From positions 1,024,001-1,088,000 of the forward strand of contig OZ244720.1 in assembly GCA_965219085.1 (NCBI GenBank): a stretch of 64,000 nt of DNA, given 5' to 3'. A model generated the notes under the pieces. That model saw only the letters and a program-made list of their open reading frames with translations. It made no database searches and had not been told where the DNA came from. This stretch comes from Dehalococcoidia bacterium (GTDB lineage: Bacteria > Chloroflexota > Dehalococcoidia > UBA2979). A program made the position numbers and the translations under genes. Below are positions 39,787 through 51,343 of the stretch, piece by piece. Every line of letters starts with the position of its first letter. Position 1 is the stretch's first letter.

Positions 39787-40763
39787 GCGGCATCATCGCC
39801 ATCATCACCCAACCCCCGGCCGAGGGTCTGACCGGCGGCGACCTCGAAGCTCTCGGCGGCGCCGGCGCGCTCGCCGCGGACACCGGCGAGCCGTTCCTGT
39901 GCGCCGTGATCGGCCACAACGCCGGCGCCGCGGTCGCCGAGGCGGGCGAGCGCGGCGCGGCGCGGGTCTTCGTCGCCGACGCCGAGCACCTCGCAACGTT
40001 CTCCGGCGATGCGGCCGTCGACGCGGCCGCGGCCGCCGTCGCGGCATCCGAGGCGAGCACGGTCATCGTCGGGCGTGGCTCGAACACGCTGGAGCTCGCG
40101 CCCCGGCTCGGCGCGCGCCTCGGCGGAGGCTGCGTGATGGGCGTGACGGAGATACGGCCCGACGACGCGGCGGGCTTCGTCGTGATCGCATCGGTCTACG
40201 GTGGGTCGGCGCGCGCCGCCTACCGGCTGGCAGCGACACCGCGCGTGATCGGGCTCTCGCCCGGCCTCGCCCCCGCTCCGGAACGCGAGGCGGGCCGCAG
40301 CGCGGAGGTCGTCGCCGTCGACGCCCCCGCGCCGGCCGAGCAGCGTGTCGTCGTCGACCAGCCCGCGGAGGCCACCGGCCCTCGCCTCGAGGAGGCCAAC
40401 GTCGTCGTCTCCGGCGGTCGCGGGCTGCAGAGCGGCGACAACTTCGCGCTCATCCGCGAGCTCGCGGCGAACCTCGGCGGCATGCCGGGCGCCTCGCGCG
40501 CGATCGTCGACGAGGGCTGGGCGCCGTCCGAGGAGCAGGTGGGCCTGACCGGCAAGATCGTCAGCCCGGACCTGTACCTGGCGGCCGGCATCTCGGGCGC
40601 GAGCCAGCACATGATGGGGTGCTCGACCGCGCGCGTGCTGGTCGGGATCAACACCGACCGCGACGCACCGATCTTCCGCTACGCCCGCTACGGCATCAAC
40701 GGCGACGCGCTCGCGGTGCTGCCCGAGCTGATCCGCCTCACCCGCGAACGCGCGGGCGGCTAG
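39783..40763 (+). CDS. etfA: Electron transfer flavoprotein alpha subunit
   Basis: VVSGGRG, GASRAIVD and QVGLTGKIVSPDLYLAAGISGASQH. Confidence 0.93.
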   Translation: MSGIIAIITQPPAEGLTGGDLEALGGAGALAADTGEPFLCAVIGHNAGAAVAEAGERGAARVFVADAEHLATFSGDAAVDAAAAAVAASEASTVIVGRGSNTLELAPRLGARLGGGCVMGVTEIRPDDAAGFVVIASVYGGSARAAYRLAATPRVIGLSPGLAPAPEREAGRSAEVVAVDAPAPAEQRVVVDQPAEATGPRLEEANVVVSGGRGLQSGDNFALIRELAANLGGMPGASRAIVDEGWAPSEEQVGLTGKIVSPDLYLAAGISGASQHMMGCSTARVLVGINTDRDAPIFRYARYGINGDALAVLPELIRLTRERAGG

Positions 40764-40775
40764 GGCGGAGGCGGG

Positions 40776-41522
40776 TTGCCCCCAGGCACATCGAGGGACG
40801 GCGCGGCCGCGCCCGGCTCCGAACTCGGCGACATCGCCGAGGCTCGGCTGCCGGGCGGCGCCGTGGTCGACCTGCACTGTCACAGCTCGGACCGCTCGCT
40901 CGACAGCGGCGTGCGGGCGGGTGCGCTCGCGGCACAGGCCGCGGCGCGCGGCCTCGACGGCGTGTGCCTGACCGAACACAACTCGATATGGCCAGAGGCC
41001 GACGTGCGCGAGCTCGGCGAGCGTCACGGCGTCGCCGTGATCCGCGGCATGGAGGTCAACACCCAGGTCGGCCACGTGCTGGTGTTCGGCCTCGACCGCT
41101 ATCGCCCCGCGCTGTCCGACATTCACCGCCTGCGCGATATCGTCGTGTCCGAGGGCGGCGCGATGGTGTGGGCGCACCCGATGCGGCAGGGCGACTGGTC
41201 GCCGCCGGCGTGGAGCAACGTGCCGAACCTCTTCGAGGCGATCGAGGTCGTCAACGGCGACCACTCGGATCAGGTCGACGGCTACTGGGCGACGCTGGCC
41301 GAGGAGCTGGGCGTGGGCCGCACGGCGGGCTCCGACGTGCACTCGATCCCGGCGGTCGGGCGGGTGGGGACGGGCTTCCCGGAGCCCGTCCCGGACGTCG
41401 AGACGATGGTGCGGCTGTTGAAGGCGCACCGCCACGCCCCCCTCGATTTCCGCCCGGGCGGCGCGCACGGGTTGCCGCACCTGGCGGAGCCGCCGCGGTA
41501 CACGCCGCGGGAGCGACACTAG
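40776..41522 (+). CDS. PHP-domain metallo-hydrolase
   Basis: DLHCHS, LTEHN, WAHP and AGSDVH motifs. Confidence 0.85.
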   Translation: MPPGTSRDGAAAPGSELGDIAEARLPGGAVVDLHCHSSDRSLDSGVRAGALAAQAAARGLDGVCLTEHNSIWPEADVRELGERHGVAVIRGMEVNTQVGHVLVFGLDRYRPALSDIHRLRDIVVSEGGAMVWAHPMRQGDWSPPAWSNVPNLFEAIEVVNGDHSDQVDGYWATLAEELGVGRTAGSDVHSIPAVGRVGTGFPEPVPDVETMVRLLKAHRHAPLDFRPGGAHGLPHLAEPPRYTPRERH

Positions 41523-41656
41523 GCTTGGGCTCCCGAATGGCGCGAACGGCTAGCGTCCGGCATAGAACTGTTACGAACTACGTGTCGACCGCTCCTTAAC
41601 TTGCAGTAGTTTCCTGGCGTCTGATACGGTACTAGCTGCGGTATAGGTGCGAAGTC

Positions 41657-42886
41657 ATGGCAAACGAGGCGATTGAACAGGCTGAGGCGCTGCGGATCCG
41701 AGTCCAACTCGCAGACGCCTTCAATCCCGGCGGACCAGTGAGCAACGTTGATCTGCTGGTAGGGCGTCGTCAACAGATCCAGGAGGTGATGTCAGCGGTC
41801 CGGCAGGACGGACTCAGCGTCCTGCTCTTCGGGGACCGCGGTGTCGGGAAGACATCTCTGGCGAGCCTCATCCACGAACTGTGGACCGACGCGTTCAAGG
41901 ACTCCGACAGCGTGTTCGCACTCCGCACGAACTGCACCCCGTCCAGCACATTCGAATCGATCTGGGGCAATGTCCTCGAGCTCATGCAAGACGCGTACGA
42001 GAAGCGTAGGGAGCCATTCCCAGCGGGCGACTCATGGATCGAGATCTTCACCGAGATTCGCAACGAGGCCGCCACCCCGCATAACGTCCGGCGACTTCTC
42101 ACCCTTGCAGACAAGCGCTTCATCATCGTCATCGATGAGTTCGACCAGATCGAGGACTCGGACTGCACGCAGCTGTTCGCGAGCACCATCAAGGAGATCT
42201 CTGACTACCTTGTCGACGCGACTATCATCCTGGTCGGCGTCGCCGATACCGTCGATGATCTCATTGCCGATCACGCCTCGATCGATCGCGCGGCAGTGCA
42301 GGTCCTCATGCCAAGGATGCCCGAAGCGGAATTGCGAGACATCATCAGTGGTGGCTATCAGCATATCGGACTCAAGACCAGCCCGGAGATGCTGACGCGG
42401 ATGGCGCGCCTCGCCCAGGGCCTGCCTCACTACGCTCACCGGCTTGGCCAGGAGGCCGGATACGCGGCTGTGGAGCGTGAGAGCTTCGTAGTGGAGCAGC
42501 AGGATCTGGACTATGCGATCGAGCGAGCCATCAGCCTCACGCAGGAAAGCATCAAGGCCGGCCATCGTGCAGCGACGACGAGTCCGCGTCGAGAGAACCT
42601 CTATGGCAAGGTGTTGTTGGCTTGTGCGCGCACTCCAGCCGACGATTTGGGTTACTTCGCTGCTGGGGATGTCCGCGATCCGCTGGAGGCGGTCTCCGGA
42701 CGGCGCTACGACATCCCACAGTTCGTGCGCCACCTCAAGGCATTCTGCGAACCCGCGAGGGGTTCAGTCCTGGAAACGGCAGGCGAGGCTTGGCGGCGCC
42801 GCTACCGATTCGCCAACCCTCTCCTCCGCCCGTACGTCGTGTTACGCGGCATCCAGGACAAGGTCATCATGGCGCCAGATCCGTAA
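41657..42886 (+). CDS. AAA+/P-loop ATPase (Cdc6/STAND-like), accessory
   Basis: Walker A GDRGVGKTS, Walker B IIVIDEFD, GLPHY and possible C-terminal wHTH. Lower GC. Confidence 0.8.
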   Translation: MANEAIEQAEALRIRVQLADAFNPGGPVSNVDLLVGRRQQIQEVMSAVRQDGLSVLLFGDRGVGKTSLASLIHELWTDAFKDSDSVFALRTNCTPSSTFESIWGNVLELMQDAYEKRREPFPAGDSWIEIFTEIRNEAATPHNVRRLLTLADKRFIIVIDEFDQIEDSDCTQLFASTIKEISDYLVDATIILVGVADTVDDLIADHASIDRAAVQVLMPRMPEAELRDIISGGYQHIGLKTSPEMLTRMARLAQGLPHYAHRLGQEAGYAAVERESFVVEQQDLDYAIERAISLTQESIKAGHRAATTSPRRENLYGKVLLACARTPADDLGYFAAGDVRDPLEAVSGRRYDIPQFVRHLKAFCEPARGSVLETAGEAWRRRYRFANPLLRPYVVLRGIQDKVIMAPDP

Positions 42887-43085
42887 CTCGGGCGACGCGC
42901 GGCAGCCGTCGAAAGTGGCGCTGTCTTGGGAGTGACCGTGAGCGCCGGATCGCACACTAGCAGTCAGTAAGAGGCGTCAGACCTTAAACTAGCAGTTGAG
43001 GAGTGGCGACGGGTAAGCGATCGACCTCCATCCTGACGCACCACCACTTCCGCGGCACACGTGGATTGAGCGCCGCGGCGCGCCG

Positions 43086-43376
43086 GTGGTATCGTCCAGC
43101 GAGTCGCGAGTGCCGAGCCCCCGGAGCCCCACACTGGACCGTAGCTATCGCAAGGCGCTCTTCAAGCTCGTGCGCGAGGTCTCCGACGTCGACGACCTGA
43201 ACGCGCGCTTCGACGCGTTCATCGAGGACGTGCGTCAGGGACCTCCTGATATCCGCCCGTATCCCGACCAGGTCCTCGACACGCTGCGCGGCCTGAGCCT
43301 CCGGCGCGATCTGGCGCTACAGCTCCAGCGGCGCTACGAGGACGCACGAGTCGGCGTCACCCGCGAGCCCGCGTAA
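43086..43376 (+). CDS. Hypothetical protein
   Basis: About 96-aa ORF with coding-like bias. Start uncertain. Confidence 0.4.
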   Translation: MVSSSESRVPSPRSPTLDRSYRKALFKLVREVSDVDDLNARFDAFIEDVRQGPPDIRPYPDQVLDTLRGLSLRRDLALQLQRRYEDARVGVTREPA

Positions 43377-43520
43377 GCCTCGACCCCTATACGAAACGCA
43401 CTCCCCCGGCTCGCGGCAGCGCCGCGCGCTGCTATGATTCCCCCCGGTCCGGGACCAGCAGCCGAGCCAGCTCCCCCGGTGCAAGCGGGCGGGTCGTGGC
43501 CGCGAATGAAGGCGAGCAGC

Positions 43521-44312
43521 ATGACGACGACCGAGACGCACAGCGTCGAGACGACCGAGGTGGCCGGCGGTAGCGTGCAGTACCTGCACGGCGGCAGCGG
43601 CTCGCGCGTGCTCGTGCTGCACCACTCGATCGGCTCCACTGGCTGGACACCCTTCTATGAGGCCCTTGCCCAGTCGTTCGAGGTGTTCGCGCCGGACCTC
43701 CCCGGCTACGGGCAGTCCGACCGGCCCGAGTGGGCCAAGCACCCCCGCGACCTTGCGATCCTCTTCCACCAGCTCCTCCACAAGCAGGGTGGTGACGCGC
43801 CGATAGCCGTCGTCGGCCTGGGCCTCGGCGGCTGGATCGCCGCCGAGATGGCGACGATGAACCAGTCGCGCATCTCCTCGCTCGTGCTCGTCGGCGCGCC
43901 CGGCATCCAGCCCGAGGAGGGCGAGATCCTCGACCAGATGCTCGTCGACTACCACGAGTACGTGCGGGCGGGCTTCCGCGACGAGACGCGCTACGAGGAG
44001 GAGTTCGGCACGGAAGTGTCGCCGGAGCTGAAGGAGCTGTGGGACTTCAGCCGCGAGATGACGGCGCGCCTCTCCTGGAAACCGTACATGTACAGCCGAG
44101 AGCTCCCGCACCTCCTCCGGGAGGTGCAGACGCCGACGCTCGTCGCCTGGGGCGACGACGACCGCATCGTGCCGATCAGCTCGGCGCAGACGTACGAGCG
44201 CTCGATGCCGAACGCGCGCCTCGTCACCATCGAGGAGTGCGGCCACTTCGCTGACTTCGAGCAGCCGGCCGCGCTGGCGGCACTCGTCGCGGAGCACATC
44301 GGCGCAGGTTAG
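43521..44312 (+). CDS. Alpha/beta fold hydrolase-like protein (GxSxG serine replaced)
   Basis: APDLPGYGQS, VGLGLGG in place of the nucleophile elbow, WGDDD and CGH. Confidence 0.85.
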   Translation: MTTTETHSVETTEVAGGSVQYLHGGSGSRVLVLHHSIGSTGWTPFYEALAQSFEVFAPDLPGYGQSDRPEWAKHPRDLAILFHQLLHKQGGDAPIAVVGLGLGGWIAAEMATMNQSRISSLVLVGAPGIQPEEGEILDQMLVDYHEYVRAGFRDETRYEEEFGTEVSPELKELWDFSREMTARLSWKPYMYSRELPHLLREVQTPTLVAWGDDDRIVPISSAQTYERSMPNARLVTIEECGHFADFEQPAALAALVAEHIGAG

Positions 44313-44334
44313 GGTCCGGCCGCCGGCTCCCCGG

Positions 44335-44706
44335 TCAGGCCTCAGACCCGCTGACCGGGCGCTCCATGTATTCGGCCAGAGCAGTCACGACGAGGTAGTT
44401 GAGCGAGACTCCCTCGATCTTTGCTCGAGTGGCGGCGCGGGCGTGGAGCGACCGCGGCATGCGCACGCGCAGGTCGCCCGATCGCTCCCCCCCACCCCAC
44501 GGTCCCGGGATGGCGTTCTCGTGTGCGAGTTCGTGTTCGATCCAGAGGCCCATTGCCACGTTCAGGTTCCGGGCTGCTTCTTCGGCGGTCTCTCCTTCAC
44601 TGAACACCCCATCAAGTTCCAACACATGGGCGGACCACAGACCGCTCTCGTCGGGCTGGATGACGCGATGGTACGGAAGTTCCAGGTATTCGGCGGCCGT
44701 GTGCAT
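44335..44706 (-). CDS. hicB: HicB-family antitoxin with C-terminal RHH domain
   Basis: ELDGVFSEGETAEEA and SGDLRVRMPRSLHA...EGVSLN. Confidence 0.85.
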   Translation of the reverse strand: MHTAAEYLELPYHRVIQPDESGLWSAHVLELDGVFSEGETAEEAARNLNVAMGLWIEHELAHENAIPGPWGGGERSGDLRVRMPRSLHARAATRAKIEGVSLNYLVVTALAEYMERPVSGSEA

Positions 44707-44708
44707 GT

Positions 44709-44942
44709 TTAGTCCTCCAAATCTCGTATCAGCCGGTTGATGATGCCCCGCGCCGTGTTCGCCGTGCGAGGCCGGTCAGGGATGACGATGGGCCTCGCGG
44801 AACCCTCGCTCGAGTAGATGTGATGACCACCGCTGGTGCGCACCGACTGGTATCCTTGCTCCTCAACGAGCGCCACGAGATCGCGAGCGCGCAGGTTCCC
44901 GGCCCGACGCCGGAGCGCCCGCAACTCCTCGATCGTCCTCAT
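44709..44942 (-). CDS. hicA: HicA-family toxin
   Basis: 77 aa containing GYQSVRTSGGHHIY..IVIP. Directly upstream of hicB. Confidence 0.75.
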   Translation of the reverse strand: MRTIEELRALRRRAGNLRARDLVALVEEQGYQSVRTSGGHHIYSSEGSARPIVIPDRPRTANTARGIINRLIRDLED

Positions 44943-45053
44943 GGTCCGTAGCCTACTTGACACCGTGTGTGGTGCCAACACCACTCCGCAGGCACACCCC
45001 CGAGACCGTCGCGCTATAGTGCGGCCGAGCCACGCAGGTCGAGGAGGGCGCCG

Positions 45054-46097
45054 ATGGATCATGAGTTCAACGAGGTCCAGGAACTGCTCGCCCAGACCGC
45101 GCGCGACTTCTTCGCGCGCGCCTTTCCCATGGACCGCATTCGTGACGCGCACCGCTCGGACGACGGCTTCGACGCCGGGCTGTGGCCCGCCCTGCAGGAA
45201 CTCGGCTGGAGCAACGCCCCCTTCCCCGAGTCGATGGGCGGCAGCGGCGGCGGCCTGCTCGACATCGCACTGGTGATCGAGGAGATGGGCAAGGGCTGCG
45301 CGGCCAGCCCGTTCGTGCATTCGACGGTGGCTGCGGGCCTCGCGCTCGTTGATGCCGACCCCGAGCTCGCCGGACAGGTGGCTTCGGGAGAGGCCACAGT
45401 CATCCCCGCACTCACCGGCCACGCGGAGGACCAACCGCAGGTGGCGGACGGCACGCTCTCAGGCCGCGCGATCGCGGTCCCATGGGCCAACCTCGCCACG
45501 CACTTCCTGGTCGCGATTGGGGACGACGACCGCATGGCCGTGGTCGCGGCCGACGCGAACGGCGTCGCGGCTCAGCCGATGCCGGCAGCCGATGGCGATC
45601 CGCTCTTCGACATCCGGTTCCGGGATGCCGCGTTCGAGATCGTCGCGGCGCAGGGGCTCGCGACGAACGTATTGGCGCTCGGCGCGGCCGCCGAGGCGCT
45701 GCTGATGCTCGGGCTCTGCCAGCGCTCGCTGGAGCTCGCCTCGGAGTACTCGAAGGGGCGGATCGCGTTCGGGCAGCCGATCGGGAGCTTCCAGGCGATC
45801 TCGCACAAGTGCGCCAACATGGCCGTCGACATCGAGGTCGGGCGCTACCTCTGCTACAAGGCCGCCTGGCTACAGGGCATCGGCGAGCCGCACGAGATGG
45901 CCGCGCGCTACGCGAAGGCGTTCATGGGCGAGGCCACGCAGCGGATCACCCGCGACGCGATCCAGGTGCACGGCGGCGTCGGCTACATCGACGACCACTT
46001 CGTGCTCTTCCCGTACCGCCTTGGCACGGCGGCCGCGGGGATGTACGGCACCGCCCACGAGCATCGCCGCGCCGTCGCCGACGCGGTCCTGGCATAG
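45054..46097 (+). CDS. Acyl-CoA dehydrogenase family protein (short partner subunit)
   Basis: RIAFGQPIGSFQAISHK and AIQVHGGVG. GGAGG RBS. Confidence 0.9.
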   Translation: MDHEFNEVQELLAQTARDFFARAFPMDRIRDAHRSDDGFDAGLWPALQELGWSNAPFPESMGGSGGGLLDIALVIEEMGKGCAASPFVHSTVAAGLALVDADPELAGQVASGEATVIPALTGHAEDQPQVADGTLSGRAIAVPWANLATHFLVAIGDDDRMAVVAADANGVAAQPMPAADGDPLFDIRFRDAAFEIVAAQGLATNVLALGAAAEALLMLGLCQRSLELASEYSKGRIAFGQPIGSFQAISHKCANMAVDIEVGRYLCYKAAWLQGIGEPHEMAARYAKAFMGEATQRITRDAIQVHGGVGYIDDHFVLFPYRLGTAAAGMYGTAHEHRRAVADAVLA

Positions 46098-46110
46098 CGG
46101 AGCGATCACC

Positions 46111-47268
<1,158 letters not shown>

Positions 47269-47340
47269 GCGCCGCCGACAAGGGCGAGGTGGCACGCGAG
47301 GCATCTTGACATCACGATGACCAGGCATCACGATGCCTGT

Positions 47341-47619
47341 ATGCGCACCACCCTCACCCTCGACGATGATCTCGCACGCGCTCTCAAGCAGCGCGCAAGG
47401 CTGCTCGACCAGTCCTTCAAGCAGGTCGTGAACGACACACTGCGCCGCGGCCTGTCGCCCACGTCCGGTGAGAGGCCACGACGCCCATTCCGGATCCGCA
47501 CGTTCAGCAGCGCGTACGCGCCCGGTGTTGACCGGTTGAGGCTGAAGGAACTTGCGGACGATATGGAAGTCGAGCACTTCCTGGAGGTTCAGCGGCGAGG
47601 CTCCGACGAGAGCGCGTGA
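47341..47619 (+). CDS. vapB: VapB-type antitoxin (RHH)
   Basis: MRTTLTLDDDL...SFKQVVNDTLRRGL. Confidence 0.85.
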   Translation: MRTTLTLDDDLARALKQRARLLDQSFKQVVNDTLRRGLSPTSGERPRRPFRIRTFSSAYAPGVDRLRLKELADDMEVEHFLEVQRRGSDESA

Positions 47620-48053
47620 TAGTTCCAGACACCAACCTGCTCATCTACGCCTACAACGAGCAGGATCCGGATCATGCCGCCGCTCGCCGTTGGTGGGAGG
47701 CGCTGCTCGGCGGCAGCGAGCTTATCGGCATCCCCTGGGTAGTCTCGACCGGGTACATCCGCATCATCACCCATCGAGGGGTGGCCGATCCGCCCGTCGA
47801 CCTTGCCCGGGCAGTCGACGACGTGGGGCGGTGGTTCGAGCTACCGCACGTCGTCGCGATCGACGCTGGCCCCGACCATCTGACTCACTTTCGTCGAAAC
47901 CTCGTCGCCGCAGGCGTCGGCGGGAACCTCATCACCGACGCCCATATCGCCGCGCTCGCGATGGAGTACGAGGCCGAGGTCCACTCCCACGACTCCGACT
48001 TCGGCCGCTTCCCCGGTCTGCGTTGGCGCGATCCACTCCGCGCTCCGCGCTGA
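47616..48053 (+). CDS. vapC: VapC PIN-domain toxin
   Basis: MIVPDTNLLIYA and GNLITDAHIAALAMEY..DSDFGRF. Confidence 0.9.
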   Translation: MIVPDTNLLIYAYNEQDPDHAAARRWWEALLGGSELIGIPWVVSTGYIRIITHRGVADPPVDLARAVDDVGRWFELPHVVAIDAGPDHLTHFRRNLVAAGVGGNLITDAHIAALAMEYEAEVHSHDSDFGRFPGLRWRDPLRAPR

Positions 48054-48056
48054 TCC

Positions 48057-49139
48057 ATGAGCGACCAATCGTCGCCCCTCGTTGTCCCGCACCGGGGTAC
48101 GATCGAGGCGCGCAAGCATGCCCACACGCATCCGGAGGTACTCGTGCCGCGCCCGCTCTCGTCGCGCTCGCTGGTCGCGTTCGTCACCGTGGCGCTCGTC
48201 ACGATCTGCCTCGCCGCCTGCGGTGGCGGCGAGGACGGCGCGCCGGCCGAGGTCGACTTCTCCGCGCAGGCGGTCGGCGAGGCGTTCAACCCCGACGTGC
48301 AGCCGCAGGTCATCAACTCCGCGCTCGCGCTCGGCGCCAACCGCGTCATCGTCGCGCTCTTCACCGCCGACGTCGACCTCGTGCACGACGCCGAGGGCGT
48401 CCTGCGCCTCTACCGTCTCGACGAGGCGGGCATGGGCACGTTCCAGAGCGAGCACCTGCTGCGCCGCGCCACCATCGCCGGGGAGTCCACGCACGAGCAC
48501 GCCGACGGCAGCGACCACGTCCACGAAGATCCGCTCGCCACGGTCTACCTCGCCCACGTCGACTTCCCCGAGACGGGGAAGTGGGGCGTCGCGCTCTCCA
48601 TCAAGGTCGAGGATGAGCGCTACGACCAGCTCCTCGCCTCGCCGGTCGTCGTGCTCGACCGCACTCCCGAGCCGGGCATCGGCGATGCGATGCCGGCGAG
48701 CACGCACCTCACGCTGCGCGATGTCGCCGACGTGTCGGAGATCAACAGCTCCCAGGAGCCGATCGCGGCGATGAACGAGCTGACCATCGCCGAGGCGCTC
48801 CAGACCGGCAAGCCGGTGCTCGTCGCCATCGCCACGCCCGCGTTCTGCCAGTCGCGCTTCTGCGGGCCGATGATGGACGGCGTCGTGCACCCGCTCTACG
48901 AGGAGTTCTCGGGCCGAGTGCAGTTCGTACACGTCGAGCCGTTCCTGCTGGACGAGGCGCGCGACAACCAGCGCCTGGCGCCGGCGCCGATCATGGCCGA
49001 GTGGCGCCTGCAGACCGAGCCCTGGATCTTCGTCGCCGACGCCGATGGCGCCGTCGTCGCCAAGTTCGAGGGCATCACCACCGTCGAGGAGGTGCGCGAG
49101 ACGCTGGCGGCGCTGCTTGCCTCCGACTCCGGCGGCTAA
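48057..49139 (+). CDS. Lipoprotein with C-terminal thioredoxin-like domain
   Basis: LAAC lipobox, His-rich patch, TPAFCQSRFCGP and TEPWIF. The start may be GTG at about 48144. Confidence 0.7.
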   Translation: MSDQSSPLVVPHRGTIEARKHAHTHPEVLVPRPLSSRSLVAFVTVALVTICLAACGGGEDGAPAEVDFSAQAVGEAFNPDVQPQVINSALALGANRVIVALFTADVDLVHDAEGVLRLYRLDEAGMGTFQSEHLLRRATIAGESTHEHADGSDHVHEDPLATVYLAHVDFPETGKWGVALSIKVEDERYDQLLASPVVVLDRTPEPGIGDAMPASTHLTLRDVADVSEINSSQEPIAAMNELTIAEALQTGKPVLVAIATPAFCQSRFCGPMMDGVVHPLYEEFSGRVQFVHVEPFLLDEARDNQRLAPAPIMAEWRLQTEPWIFVADADGAVVAKFEGITTVEEVRETLAALLASDSGG

Positions 49140-49162
49140 GCGAGCAGCGAGGCGACCAGGCC

Positions 49163-49894
49163 GTGCAGCCCGACTACACCACCCTCGAGTTCCCCGAGCC
49201 GCCGGACGACCGGCCGTACGTCATCGCCGACATGATCGCCTCGGCGGACGGCAAGACGGTGATCGAGGGCAACGAGGCCGGGCTCGGCTCGCGCACCGAC
49301 CGGCGCCTGCTCCACGAACTGCGGCTGCACGCCGATGTCGTGCTCAGCGGCGCGGGCACGCTGCGCGCCACGGGCGCCTCACCCCGCCTGCACGAGGACG
49401 ACCTGGAAGCGCTGCGACGCGAGCGCGGCAAGTCACGCACGCCCATCGGCGCGATCATCACGGCTTCGGGCGAGGTGCCGCTCGACGCGGGCTTCTTCAC
49501 ATCCGACGAGTTCGAGGCGTACATCTACCTCGCCGACAGCGCCCCACCCGGGCGCCGCACAGCCATCGAGGCGACTGGCCGCCCCGTCGTCGAGGTGCCG
49601 GCAGACGACGCCGTGACGGCGATGCTGCGCCACATGCGCTCGGAGCTCGGCGCGCGGCTGGTCATGCTCGAGGGCGGCCCGACGCTGAACGGCGAGTGCT
49701 TCCGCGCCGGCGTCGTCGACGAGCTGTTCCTGACCCTCGGCGGCGTCGTGGTCGGCGGTCACGGCCTGCCGACGGCCGTCGAGATGCCCGGCGTCGAGGT
49801 CACGCGCGAGACGGTGACGCGGCTCGAGCTGCTCACGGCCGCGCCGAACCCCGAGACCGACGAGGTCTACCTGCGCTACCGCGTCCGACGCTAG
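49163..49894 (+). CDS. RibD C-terminal (dihydrofolate reductase-like) family protein
   Basis: RPYVIADMIASADGK, GAGTLR and EGGPTLN..VDELFLT. Confidence 0.85.
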   Translation: MQPDYTTLEFPEPPDDRPYVIADMIASADGKTVIEGNEAGLGSRTDRRLLHELRLHADVVLSGAGTLRATGASPRLHEDDLEALRRERGKSRTPIGAIITASGEVPLDAGFFTSDEFEAYIYLADSAPPGRRTAIEATGRPVVEVPADDAVTAMLRHMRSELGARLVMLEGGPTLNGECFRAGVVDELFLTLGGVVVGGHGLPTAVEMPGVEVTRETVTRLELLTAAPNPETDEVYLRYRVRR

Positions 49895-49933
49895 GGTTCC
49901 GCCCTGTGGGCGCGCGAAGCCAGCGATGGTAGT

Positions 49934-51343
49934 ATGAACGGAATGAACGAGAATCTCATTGATGTCCCTGGTCAACCGTTTTCTTACGAGCGGTCGCTTG
50001 ACACGCATCTCACTCACCTAGATGAACGGGTTCGCTCCTTACGCTCATCTGGCCGACTCGATCACGCTGTTCTGGGCAAGATCAGCTCATTCTTCCGGGT
50101 TCGTAGTATCTTCAATTCGAACGCCATCGAAGGGAACGAGCTCAGTGAGGGTGAGACACGACTGGTCGTCGAGCAAGGAATAACCATCTCAGGTAGGTCC
50201 CTGAAGGACCACCTCGAAGCTCAGAGCCTTGCCCATGCACTTGACTTCTTTGAAAGCCTCGCGAGTGATAGCGATCCAATCACTGAAACTGATGTCAGAC
50301 AAGTGCACCAACTCATACTGAAGGGAATCAGTGACTCCGATGCGGGCCGGTACCGGACAGCCGACGTGATGATCACGGGATCGGCGTTCGCTCCTACGGA
50401 GCCTCACGATGTACCTAGAGAGATGCGTGACCTAGGAGAGTGGGTGCAGAAGGCGACCGTCGGCGGATTCGACTGCTCTCCCGTGATATTGGCTGCAGCC
50501 GCTCATGCACGATTCGCGCAGATTCATCCGTTCATAGACGGAAACGGGCGGACTGCCAGGATTCTCATGAACCTTCTCCTGATGCGAAACGGCTACCCTA
50601 TCGCCGTCATCACTCGAGACGAGCGTCAACGGTACTACGAGTCCCTCGAGGAGAGCCAGACTTCGAACCTTACACCCTTCCTATCGCTGGTGATCGATGA
50701 CGTGTCCGAAGCGCTCGACACATGGGAGGAAGCGGCGGAAGAAAGGGAGGAGGAGGTACAATCCTACGAAGGCCTCGCCGAACGCTTCAGGCGTCCTTCA
50801 GACGATCGTGAGGTGCGGGAATTTGAGGTGTTCCGGGCAGCCATGGAACTGCTTCGATCACAGTTCGCTCAAGCCGCAACTGATATGCGCGATGCTGGTG
50901 CCCTAGTATACTTCACAGATTTTGATTCGATCACTTCTGACAAATATATCCAAATTAAGAGGACGGGGCGGGCAAAGCGTACCTGGTTCTTCCGTGTTGA
51001 CTTTCGTTACGGCCCTAGACGCGTCCGGTACCTGTTTTGGTTTGTGAGGACACATTATCTTATGCGCACTTCTGTTCGTACGGTCTCGCCATTGTCAGTG
51101 ATTATCTCTAAGGAGGATCCGAGCGATTCTTTCTTCTACTCGACTCTGGACGATATTCGTCAGTCTGGACGCGAAGATGTTCCCGACTTGCGCGAGATAA
51201 CATTTGACCCGGACAGCGAGAGCTTCCTAAGTCGATACGCTGGAGGAATCACTAAATCAGAGCAGATATCGGACTTAGTTCGATCGTTCGTCGCCCAAGT
51301 CGTGCAGCGAAACTTCAGCAATCTCGAGAACGTTTCTCAGTGA
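49934..51343 (+). CDS. Fic-domain protein with C-terminal domain of unknown function
   Basis: HPFIDGNGRTAR Fic motif and SNAIEGN autoinhibitory motif. Markedly lower GC. Confidence 0.9.
   Translation: MNGMNENLIDVPGQPFSYERSLDTHLTHLDERVRSLRSSGRLDHAVLGKISSFFRVRSIFNSNAIEGNELSEGETRLVVEQGITISGRSLKDHLEAQSLAHALDFFESLASDSDPITETDVRQVHQLILKGISDSDAGRYRTADVMITGSAFAPTEPHDVPREMRDLGEWVQKATVGGFDCSPVILAAAAHARFAQIHPFIDGNGRTARILMNLLLMRNGYPIAVITRDERQRYYESLEESQTSNLTPFLSLVIDDVSEALDTWEEAAEEREEEVQSYEGLAERFRRPSDDREVREFEVFRAAMELLRSQFAQAATDMRDAGALVYFTDFDSITSDKYIQIKRTGRAKRTWFFRVDFRYGPRRVRYLFWFVRTHYLMRTSVRTVSPLSVIISKEDPSDSFFYSTLDDIRQSGREDVPDLREITFDPDSESFLSRYAGGITKSEQISDLVRSFVAQVVQRNFSNLENVSQ

Noticed and set aside
41505-42960. 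Possible duplicated PHP gene end (..acactag at 41516-41522 and 42954-42960) around the AAA ATPase
   Set aside because: Only about 7 bp are identical, too short to distinguish from chance.
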